A stretch of DNA of 62,876 nt, counting the filler, from Octopus bimaculoides (taxonomy: Eukaryota): NCBI RefSeq assembly GCF_001194135.2. It is 6 parts of 5 records of this genome, joined end to end, with 100 filler letters (N's around TTAATTAATTAA, not from the genome) between each part and the next. Parts side by side here need not be neighbours in the genome. Positions count along the whole stretch, not along the records: positions 28,908 to 51,162 come from NC_069001.1; positions 51,263 to 53,340 come from NC_069000.1; positions 53,441 to 60,721 come from NC_068985.1; positions 60,822 to 62,876 come from NC_068983.1; 2 more parts are not named here. One strand, written 5' to 3'. Each line of letters opens with the position of its first letter. Positions within the stretch are counted from its first letter, which is position 1. Under the pieces are notes generated by a model. The model was not told the origin of the DNA and did no database searches. It worked only from the letters and a program-made list of their open reading frames with translations. A program made the translations under genes and the position numbers. Shown piece by piece: positions 48,736 to 62,876 of the stretch.

Positions 48736-49667
48736 CAAGATATCTATATTTAAGAAGTAGGTGATGGAAGTAAACTAAGGAAACGAACTTCAATAATACC
48801 AGCAGCAATATGTACACAACACCAAATTTAAACAACATCGCATTTAGCACCGCCGATACACTGTAAGTCTCTTTGAAGACAAAAAACACCCCGCTATTAC
48901 AAAGTTAAATTGGTTACTCGAAAGCGAGATACATTACTGGATGGGGAACAAACACGACGAGATGGTTTCCATTACGGTTAAAAACATAACACGAGAACAT
49001 GAGTAAAAAGCATTGGAATACATAAATAAAACAATTCTAAACGCGTTGAAAGCCTTCACTTATCTAATAGTGTATTTCTTATAAACTATACTCGTATACG
49101 GGTTGTAGCATAGTTTAGAAATCTGAAACGGTTTCATAATCCCCAGTTACTTTCTTGGGTAAAACTACTGCTTGACCCCACTTAACACACGTGTTAATCC
49201 CTGTATTACACTTAGCTAATATATATATATATATATATATATAATTTTATTTAAAAGAGTTCCAACTGTTTTTTATGTTTTATTTATATTCTTGTAAAAT
49301 TAATGTGGAATATAGAATATGGAATATATAAGATAAAAATGGATAGTATAATGAAATGAAGTATTGAATGTCTTATTGAATATATGGAATATGTCTTATT
49401 GAATATATGAGATATTGAGTGTTCAATATAAAGGATTAAATATATAAATGCGAATACGTATTTTCAATACCTTGTGGTATTCATCATGACCGGTATCTGA
49501 CAGACTGCGAGGTAAGATCAACAAAAATGTACTCCATCCAGTGAGAGTTAAATATCTTTTAATGTTCACTGTATTAAAACAAGAGGTGCTTATAGTTTCT
49601 GGTGATTGGACCACGTGGTCAGGCTAATATTTATAGGTTGCTTAATTTTTATACCACACACATTTTG

Positions 49668-49704
<37 letters not shown>

Positions 49705-50238
49705 CTGTATGTCCTGTAATGGAAAATTCAACAAAAGAAGTACTCCATCNNNNNNNNNNNNNNNNNNNNNNNNNNNNNNNNNNNNNNNNNNNNNNNNNNN
49801 NNNNNNNNNNNNNNNNNNNNNNNNNNNNNNNNNNNNNNNNNNNNNNNNNNNNNNNNNNNNNNNNNNNNNNNNNNNNNNNNNNNNNNNNNNNNNNNNNNNN
49901 NNNNNNNNNNNNNNNNNNNNNNNNNNNNNNNNNNNNNNNNNNNNNNNNNNNNNNNNNNNNNNNNNNNNNNNNNNNNNNNNNNNNNNNNNNNNNNNNNNNN
50001 NNNNNNNNNNNNNNNNNNNNNNNNNNNNNNNNNNNNNNNNNNNNNNNNNNNNNNNNNNNNNNNNNNNNNNNNNNNNNNNNNNNNNNNNNNNNNNNNNNNN
50101 NNNNNNNNNNNNNNNNNNNNNNNNNNNNNNNNNNNNNNNNNNNNNNNNNNNNNNNNNNNNNNNNNNNNNNNNNNNNNNNNNNNNNNNNNNNNNNNNNNNN
50201 NNNNNNNNNNNNNNNNNNNNNNNNNNNNNNNNNNNNNN

Positions 50239-50279
<41 letters not shown>

Positions 50280-50289
<10 letters not shown>

Positions 50290-51262
50290 TTGTGTTTGTT
50301 CCCCACCATTTCTTGGCAACCGATGTTGGCGTTTTTACCTCCCCGTAAGCTAGCGGTTCGGTAAAAAAGAGACTGATAGAATACGTCCTGGGGTCGATTT
50401 GTTCGACCAAAGGTGGTGCTCCGGCATGGCCGCAGTAATATGACTGAAACAAATAAATACATACGTACATATATGCATACCCAGTCATACCTCAGTTATT
50501 TAGTATAAATGAGCTTTTAGCAAGTATGCGTATTACAATAAAAATATATGTGAATATAATTACGTATAAAAAGAACTCCTCAGAAAGTTACTCTTAATTA
50601 AGTAGTCTAATTAAACTCACATTAATTTCTACATATTCAACACCCGGGTTACTCTCTTAACACATATGCATACATGCATGATTACATACATATGCATACA
50701 GACACGCGCACTCATATGTAGAACATACCCATAACGGTTTCAAATGGTTTCCAATTTTGGAACAAGGACAGGAAGTTCGTGGTTGACGGAGGATAAGTCG
50801 GTTCATTGACCCCACTGCTCAAATTTTTTTTTTTTTTATTTTACGAACCACGAAATGACGAAAGGCAAAGACGAGCTCGTCGGAATTTGAACTCAGAACG
50901 TATAGACCAAGTAGTTTTCCGACGTGCTAAAATTTATGCCACATTATAGAACACGTTAAAGGTTTCAAATTTTGGCACAAGGCCAGCAATTTGGGAGTAA
51001 GTAGGTGGTAAGTTAATTACATCGACCCCAGTGATCAACTAGTACTCATTTCATCGATCCCTAAGGGATTACTGGCAAAGTTGATCTCGGCGGAATTCGA
51101 AATTTGACATGAAAAGACGGATGAAATGACGCTAAGCATTTTGTCCGGTGTGCTAAAGATTCNNNNNNNNNNNNNNNNNNNNNNNNNNNNNNNNNNNNNN
51201 NNNNNNTTAATTAATTAANNNNNNNNNNNNNNNNNNNNNNNNNNNNNNNNNNNNNNNNNNNN

Positions 51263-51305
<43 letters not shown>

Positions 51306-51507
51306 ATGTATGTATGTATGTATGTGTGTGTGTGTATGTTTGTGTGTCTGTGTTTACAACCCTGTCACTTAGCGGTTCGGCAAAAGAATCTGATAGAATA
51401 AGTACTAGACTTACAAAGAATAAGTCGGTGTCGATTTGCTCGACTAAAGGTGGTGCTCCAGCATGGCCACAGTCAAATGACTGAAACAAGTAAAAGAGTA
51501 AGAGAGT
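50280..51507. mobile_element. SINE cluster: B 3' halves (50280-50455 +, 51300-51507 +) and A copies (50745-50940 -, 50960-51162 -)
   Basis: Family-diagnostic heads and tails as above. Confidence 0.8.
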
Positions 51508-51912
51508 ATGATGCATAGATGGTTCTTTTAATTTAATACTGTCTCAAATGCATATACCAGATTTTTAATCAGCCAAGCAGCTATTTCCAACATCAGTGAA
51601 TGCTTTATTCATTTTTTTCCTATAAAAGAGATGACATATTTTCATCCCTCCATTTGGTTGGTTGTGAGTACTTATCATTGAAAAGACCCAAAATGACCTC
51701 CGGCATTTTTCCCTGGCCACTGCTGTAGTGAATTTTCACCTCCCTCTGATAGTTACTGCATTTTTAATGTTATCTCAGGATGAATTCAGCAGTAACTGAC
51801 TTATCAATGGTGTATATACATTAAATATGATATACAGATGTCCTTTTTTTTCACATTTTGGTTGGGAAATGATCGTTTTATTATTCAACAAGAGACTGTT
51901 CGGAGAAAATGC

Positions 51913-52310
51913 TCTTTTACTCTTTTACTTGTTTCAGTCACCTGACTGCGGCCATGCTGGAGCACCGCCTTTAGTCGAGCAAATCGACTCCAGGACTTAT
52001 TCTTTGTAAGCCTAGTACTTATTCTATCGGTTTCTTTTGCCAAACCGCTAAGTCACGGGGACGTAAACATACCAGCATCGGTTGTCAAGCGATGGTGGGG
52101 GGACAAACACAGACACACAAACACACATACATATATATATATATATACATATATATGACGGGCTTCTTTCAGTTTCCGTCTACCAAATCCACTCACAAGG
52201 CTTTGGTCGACCCAAGGCTATAGTAGAAGACACTTGCCCAAGGTGCCACGCAGTGGGACTGAACCCGGAACCATGTGGTTGGCAAGCAAGCTATTTACCA
52301 CACAGCCACT
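51913..52310 (-). mobile_element. Full-length SINE family B (tRNA head, CORE-like domain, internal TA/CA tract, CR1-type tail)
   Basis: Minus: GTGGCTGTGTGGTAAATAGCTTGC...CCGGGTTCAGTCCCACTGCGTGGCACCTTGGGCAAGTGTC...GGTGCTCCAGCATGGCCGCAGTCAGGTGACTGAAACAAG(TAAAAGAG)2. Confidence 0.9.
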
Positions 52311-53212
52311 CAAAACTGTTTAATGTAATGTGTTAAGGAAGAAACCTTATTTCTCCAAATGATTGCAATTATCTTCCATTCCATGTGAGGCTGCTGCTGC
52401 TGTTAGACATATAAAGAGAGTGAGTATCTGCTGACACTGGTTTATATGGCCTCAATGACACTACATTTGTCTATGGCTGAAACAAAATTCTCAAGCAATC
52501 TAGTCTACTTGGTAGTAAATTAGTATCATAACTAATTTAGTCCAGATAGCTGTAAGTAGATCTCATTTATAATGAAACTTTATCACTGTAATTAATGAGA
52601 ATATCACATGACCTTTTCGGCAGTGTTATCTATAGACATCTGTACATTAAAGTGTGATCACTTTAGATGCAGCATATATATATAGTAACACTTAATATTA
52701 AATGTTCCAGGACATACAGATGTATTTATTCCCAAAATATGTCACTGGTTATTTTTATTCTTGCATAACTAACCAAGGAAATATTATTGTTTCAGCTGTC
52801 ATACTGACACCATACCACTGAGAGGATCTTATATTGTATACTTATGTTATGTTTTGTTATGTTGACAAAATCAAGAAAGTACCAGGTTTTCCTGTTCTCT
52901 CTAATAGGAACACAAGGCCTGGAACAGACTCCATTTGCAGCTAAAATTATTCAGAATGTGAAATAACAAACACAACAAGTTTGTCTACATCAAATGGAGA
53001 CAGTGCCTGCCCACACAAATAGAAATGTCAATGGCGGCATCCCTACTTAGAAGAATATTCAGATTCTAAACTACAAAACAAACAAAAAAAAAACAAAAAC
53101 AAAAAGAAAGTAGATAAAGAAATATGCAGAATAAACCAAATGCTAATCAATAATTGGAATGTAAACGAGTAAACTAAGCCACAGAATAATACAGACACAA
53201 AGACAATGAAAT

Positions 53213-53340
53213 TGGGTGTGTGGTTAATAGCTTGCTTACCAACCACATGGTTCCAGGTTCAGTCCCACTGTGTGTCACCTTGGGCAAGTGTCTTCTACTA
53301 TAGTCTCGGGCCGACCAATGCCTTGTGAATGGATTTGGTA
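53213..53340 (+). mobile_element. SINE family B head (runs into gap)
   Basis: CCAGGTTCAGTCCCACTGTGTGTCACCTTGGGCAAGTGTC. Confidence 0.85.
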
Positions 53341-53440
53341 NNNNNNNNNNNNNNNNNNNNNNNNNNNNNNNNNNNNNNNNNNNNTTAATTAATTAANNNN
53401 NNNNNNNNNNNNNNNNNNNNNNNNNNNNNNNNNNNNNNNN

Positions 53441-53520
<80 letters not shown>

Positions 53521-53530
53521 CATTATTATT

Positions 53531-57210
<3,680 letters not shown>

Positions 57211-57216
57211 AAACAT

Positions 57217-57560
57217 TCACTTATATATTAATATCTCAGTCTTCCACAATCTCTTCATCACTGTGTCTAGGTCCTGATATTTCTCAATTTTCTCAATTTT
57301 TTGGGTATCCACTCTGTTATCATACGATGTTACAAAGTCTATGTTCATACATTTTTTGCTCTTTGTCTCCTGTATGATCATATATCGTCTTGTTGCTTGA
57401 ACAGTGTGGTCAGTCTTTATGAAGAAATCCCATAATATCCTGTAATTATCATTCACCATCACAGCCTCTGGTTTGTATTCACACCACTTTCCCATCACTT
57501 CGAATCTACACACACGGCTGACATCATAATGCACTCTTTTACCGATGCTGCTGGTTTGCG
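57217..57560 (-). mobile_element. R4/Dong-clade fragment C (RLE region) fused to B
   Basis: GKWCEYKPEAVMVNDNYRILWDFFIKTDH...EKIEKYQDL...RLWK. Confidence 0.8.
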
Positions 57561-58003
57561 GTCTTGGTTTTGTTAAGCATAGTTCAGGGAGAAACTTTTC
57601 TTTCCAAATATGCCACTCAGAGAAACCTTCTGGAATGTTTCGAGAGATCTCACCTCTGCAGTGATAGAAAAAAGTTAGTTAGTTTTAGATATTTTAAACA
57701 TTTATTATTATTATTTTTTTTTTTTGTATACATTTATATTCAATACAGAAATATATTTCAGTAACCAGACTGACAACTATTACTGAAAAACTCACAACTG
57801 CTTATAAGAGAGCAAAAAGGAAACAAAAACAAAAACAAACAAGGTAATAAGTAAATCCAACTTAATCACTTAGCAAAATGTAAACATTTTACAGGGAGAG
57901 AAAAAAAAATGATTGCTTTTGGTAGAAACAATCATAATGATGTGGCAAATAACACAAGCAACAGCATCAACAACATCAACAATATCATTAACAACAACAA
58001 CAA

Positions 58004-58218
58004 TAATCCTTTCTACTATGGGCACAAGGCCTGAAATTTTCGAGGAGGGGGCTAGTCATCCTACCGCCCCCAGTGCGTAACTGGTACGCAATTTATCGCC
58101 CCCGAAAGGATGAAAGACAAAGTCAACCGCGGTGGAGTTTGAACTCTGAACGTAAGGATGGACAAAATGCCGCTAAGCGTTTTGTCCGGTGTGCTGACGA
58201 TTCTGTCAGCTCGCCGCC

Positions 58219-58221
<3 letters not shown>
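58004..58221 (-). mobile_element. SINE family A
   Basis: Full head to tail; CpG-intact. Confidence 0.9.
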
Positions 58222-58283
<62 letters not shown>

Positions 58284-58284
<1 letters not shown>

Positions 58285-59754
58285 GAAAGAATATATACTT
58301 TCCTGGAACAGAACTCTTCCCAGAAGCTCATGAAGGCATAGATCAATTATTCGTAAATAAAATGAGTGTAGAGAATTATCGGAGCAACAAGAAGAACCTG
58401 AATATGGCATGGACAGACTACAGGAAAGTGTTTGATAGTGTCTCACATAATTGGCTAAATTCTTATAAGGTAAAATGGCCAAGTGGAATACACATCTCCT
58501 TCTAAGCCATAGTAATGCGATGCGCCAATCTAACAACATCAACATCAAACGATGGTATTAATCCCACTCCCAAACGAACTGAGTAACACCAGGTATAGGT
58601 TCAAAATGTATAATATTATAGTAAACCATCTATTTTATATGGACGATCTGAAGCTGTTTGCTAGAAATGACAAAGAGATAGTAGGGCTGTTAACAACATT
58701 TAACGAGTTCAGCAATGACATCGGGATGGATTTTTGGCCTTGATAAGTGTGCTAAAGCAACTTTTGTAAGAGGTAAGCTCAGACAAACAGCTTCCATTAA
58801 ATTAGATACCGACACTGCCATCAAGGAGCTTGACCCACAAGAAAGCTATAAATAACTGGGGATAAACGAAGATGGTATACAACATATTACTATGAAGGAA
58901 AAAATACGAAAGGATTATTACAGAAGAATACGACTTATTCTAAAAACTGAACTCAACTCCCAAAATCGCATCGATGCGATTAACACCCTGGCACTTCCAG
59001 TAGTCCAGTACAGTTTTAATATCATGAACTGAAATCTTACAGAACTGCAACACCTGGACAGGAAGACAAAAAAAAAAAACTACTAATGTCTAAGAACATG
59101 CACCACCCAAAAGCAGACGTTGATCGTCTGTAGTTACCTAGAAGTAATGGGGGGAAGAGGAATGATGCATGTAGAACTGTGCTATAAGACTGTGCTATAG
59201 CAATGAACAAGTATTTATCTAGTACAGAGGACTGGATGCTACGGATTGTGTGCAAACACGAAAGCAGCAAAAAATCACATTCTATTGTCAAGGAAGCTTG
59301 CAAATTCGCAAGGGAACTCTGAATTAGATGAAGAACCTGAAACCACTGTCACGAAAAAAGCAAAACGAGTCAGACAGACGGCAAAAAAGAACGGGCAGAA
59401 ACCAATTGAGGAGCAGTGGAGCCAGAAACCTCTGCATGGATAGTATATACTTCGAAGCCGAAATGCTGATGTAGACCAAGCAACAATCCATCAGTGGCTG
59501 AGAAGTTCAAGACTGAAAGCAGAGACTGAAGGTTTCATATTGGTGGCAAAAATCAAAGCTTGCTTACCAAAAACTACAAGGCTAACGTTCTTCAAAACGA
59601 GTCTGACCCTAAATGTAGATTTTGTGAGACATTTGACGAAACAATAGACCATCTCGACTCGGGATATCCTGTGCTAACATCAAATGAATATAAAAAATGC
59701 CTCGATAGGGAAGGATGGTATTTATATTGGAAAATACGTAAACACTACAAAATC
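58284..59754 (+). mobile_element. R4/Dong-clade LINE D, RT through CCHC/RHD region, 3'-truncated
   Basis: AWTDYRKVFDSVSHNW, HLFYMDDLKLFA, DKCAK, HHPKADVDR, KPLHG, KCRFCETFDETIDHL; preceded by (AAT)n 58221-58283. Confidence 0.9.
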
Positions 59755-59794
59755 AGACCAGCTGTGAAAGCTGCTAGTTCAATAACAACATCTG

Positions 59795-59915
59795 TAACTA
59801 TTGAATAGTCGAGAAAACTGGAGCAACTTGAAAATTACCTTGCTCGAAGACACAAATGCGCCACCCCATTCAGGAATCGAACTCACACCCTTAGGAGAGC
59901 CCAACACGCTAACCA
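59795..59915 (-). mobile_element. SINE family D head
   Basis: Minus: TGGTTAGCGTGTTGGGCTC...GAGTTCGATTCCTG...TGTGTCTTCGAGCAAG. Confidence 0.65.
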
Positions 59916-60590
59916 TGAGGTTATGCACCTTTTTTGCTCTCTATTTTGTTCTCTGTGCTTCTTATTTAGAATATAAATCTCATGGTGTTTCATACTTTAG
60001 ACAAGATCATTTTAAGTTTCCTGCACTAAGAATATAATACCGTTATTTATTTTATAAAGCAGAGTTCGACTTTACCGTCTACTAATATTCAGTAAACTAT
60101 GCTTTTGTACCTACTGCATGATACTGATTTGAACGTTTACTGTTTTAACTTTTATCGCTATTAATATGGCCGCCAATATTATCACGTGACATCATCATTA
60201 TCAGCACCATCACTATCGCAAGTTAAAATAATATAATGCTGAATGTATGGGCAACAGAATACAAACATGCAAACTAAATATGAAAAAAGTAATAAGTAAA
60301 CTAAGAATATGTTTATAGTTTTAAACCACTTGCAATTCTCTTAACATCGTTTGCTTCTGGCTTTAATAAACGAAATGTTAGACTAACGAGTTACTCCCTT
60401 GGGCTGGAAAGTCTTATCTATTTATATGAGAAATATCAAATAAAACTATACAAGAATGTTTTGATCTCCGTCTTCTTGTATACTATTTAAAGTTGGAAGA
60501 CTAGGAAGAAAAATATAAAATTCTTTGCGAAGAAATTCTTATACAAGTATACAAGTATGTAAATCTTTTTTAATATGAGGAACAGGCTAG

Positions 60591-60673
<83 letters not shown>

Positions 60674-60821
60674 CATCATCATCATCATTATTATTATTAT
60701 TATTATTATTGTTCAGTAGTTNNNNNNNNNNNNNNNNNNNNNNNNNNNNNNNNNNNNNNNNNNNNTTAATTAATTAANNNNNNNNNNNNNNNNNNNNNNN
60801 NNNNNNNNNNNNNNNNNNNNN

Positions 60822-60975
60822 TAGATGCATAGATAGATAGATATCAACATAGATGCATAGATAGATAGATATCAACATAGATGCATAGATAGATAGATAT
60901 CAACATAGATGCATAGATAGATAGATATCAACATAGATGCATAGATAGATAGATATCAACATAGATGCATAGATA
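60822..60975. repeat. 28-bp minisatellite, 5 full copies
   Basis: Unit TAGATGCATAGATAGATAGATATCAACA. Confidence 0.95.
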
Positions 60976-61631
60976 GATGCATAAATAGATAGAGCATAGA
61001 TAGATATTTAGATGACCTGAAAGACGAAGATAGATATTTAGAAAAGCAGACAGACGAACGTAAACAAATAGGCTAAGAGATCGACAGACACAGACGGGCA
61101 GATGGATGGGTGGATAGATAGATAATGATTTCTCGGGGTGATTAAGTGTTGATAAGTCAAAACAAGTTTGCTTCAGATGTCAGCTATATTAGAAGGCTCA
61201 ATGACGGCATTTGAACTGCATTCCCCGGCAGAATTGACCTTCACAAAAGATAACTGACAGTAAAAAGTAAAAGTAGAAAATATATATCATCTCTAGAGAT
61301 ATTAATAATGTTTCAAAATGTCGTCTTTTAGTAAATTATGTCTGCACCACTAAGTACATATGGCGGACATCACAAGATGCTGTATTATCCGCAGTACTAA
61401 CCTTTTCATCAGAAGGAAAGCTGATCAAACGTTATGAAGTACAAAAGTGAAGGGGTTATTTTTAAAATAAAACTGATTTTCGTGTGTACTCCTGTACATA
61501 TAAACATACACATACATACACGCATGAGATTTATCGGCTTTAAAACCGGAAATGAATACTTTAGACTTGTGTGTAGATATGTGTGTAGATAGATAGATAG
61601 ATAGATAGATAGGTAGATAGATATATAGATA

Positions 61632-62050
61632 GGCGTAGGCATGGCTGTGTGATTAAAATATTCGTTTTAGAAGCACGGGGTTTAGGATTCAGATTCACTA
61701 CGTATAACCTCGAGCAAGTGTCTTCTATAGCACCTGGCCAACCAATGCTTTATCAGTGAATTTGGTAGAGTAAAACTGTGTAAGCTTGTTATGTGTGTGT
61801 GTTTATGCTGACAGAATCTTTAGCACACTGGGCTAAATGCTTAGTGGTATTTCGGCCGACTTTACGTTCTTTGTTCAAATTCCACCAAGCTCGAATTTAC
61901 CTTTCATCCATTTAAGCACAGGGGTCAATATAATCGACTTATCGCCTACCCCGAAATTGCTGATCTTATGCTAAAAAATTGAAAGTAATATTTTACTGAC
62001 GGTGCTCCAGCATGGCTACAGCCTTTAGACTGAAACATGAAAGAATAAAG
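61632..62050 (+). mobile_element. SINE B (head 61632-61795, tail 62000-62050) with a SINE A copy (61815-61985) between
   Basis: Family-diagnostic segments in that order. Confidence 0.7.
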
Positions 62051-62052
62051 GA

Positions 62053-62110
<58 letters not shown>

Positions 62111-62124
62111 ACACGCACACGCAC

Positions 62125-62818
62125 AATCAAAAGACATACTAAGTATGTCTACCTGCTTGAAATAACAGTCAAAACTCATTATATCGCCAAAAATACACTG
62201 GTAATTACTACAGAAATCAAACGAAGGCAAAATTGGTTGGCTTTTTAAATGCCATTTTTGGCCTGCAGTCACCTGTATCGTTGATTCTGTTATTATTATT
62301 CTTAAATTGGTGACATTGGATAATAATAGAATTAACGGTGCCTTTGTAAATTAATTTTATACTATATTCTCGTAAAATTCGGCAACGAGAATATGTTACG
62401 CTGTAAAGCTGCTGTGATTTCGGCGCGAAACAAATTAGTAGCGGCACAGATTTCGTGTAGGACAGATTAATGGTCACTGTTATGGTGCTGCATGCTGAAG
62501 AAGCTAAGGCATATAAATGCCAGTGCAGAAACTAGTCGACGTAAATCCACATGCACGTAAGTTGACTGACTTAACCATTTTTACCTTCGTTTGATTTCTG
62601 TAGTAATCACTAGTGTATTTTTGGCGATTTAATAACAAGTTTTGACTGTTATTTTCAAGCAAGTAGACATACTTAATATGTCCTTTGATTAATTTTAACC
62701 CCTCGGCTTTTTAAATGCCATTTTTGGCTTGCAGTTGCCTATATCGTGGATTCTGTTATCATTCTTAAATTGGTGACATTGGATAATAACAGAATTAACG
62801 GTACCTTTGTAAATTAAT
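62125..62818. repeat. Composite inverted plus direct repeat structure
   Basis: 62125-62238 is inverted at 62573-62690; 62239-62355 is directly repeated at 62705-62818. Confidence 0.9.
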
Positions 62819-62826
62819 ATACATAC

Positions 62827-62876
<50 letters not shown>

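Noticed and set aside
49589-49623. Minus-strand CTGACCA..TGGT/ACCA-GAAA-CTATA hammerhead-like string
   Set aside because: G8 absent without a compensating partner, helix III and I not formed; too degenerate to separate from chance.
32671-50488. Many long ORFs dominated by X and YI/HT/CV repeats
   Set aside because: They span N gaps and dinucleotide repeats.
51629-52420. Micro-exon candidates ending in GTGAGT (51663, ~52419)
   Set aside because: Phases do not chain into an open frame and one acceptor is a weak GAG.

Overview
AT-rich, microsatellite-dense eukaryotic scaffold with many N gaps, five of which carry an artificial TTAATTAATTAA linker. The repeat repertoire (three or four tRNA-type SINE families, RTE, CR1/L2, L1/Tx1, R4/Dong and Penelope-like remnants, Tc1/mariner and hAT-like MITEs) strongly resembles an octopus/coleoid cephalopod draft genome; this taxonomic call is inference. 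The only well-supported host coding sequence is one internal exon of a FAM78-like gene (15016-15129, +). Its neighbouring exons were not found. The most unusual signal is a set of minimal type I hammerhead-ribozyme-like motifs in short elements lodged in (TA)n tracts or next to a Penelope GIY-YIG remnant. The best one (minus strand, 21507-21617) has a compensatory G3:C8 core (GUGAACA instead of CUGANGA), a palindromic helix III and a ~37-bp helix I. Other notable features: a cluster of R4/Dong elements bounded by (TAA)n, a CR1-type LINE 3' stem-loop that covaries with SINE tails, several long fold-back elements, and an internally inverted mariner transposase. No CRISPR array, rRNA or intact tRNA gene is supported. 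All analysis was done by eye, so boundaries are approximate (about +/-10 bp unless stated).
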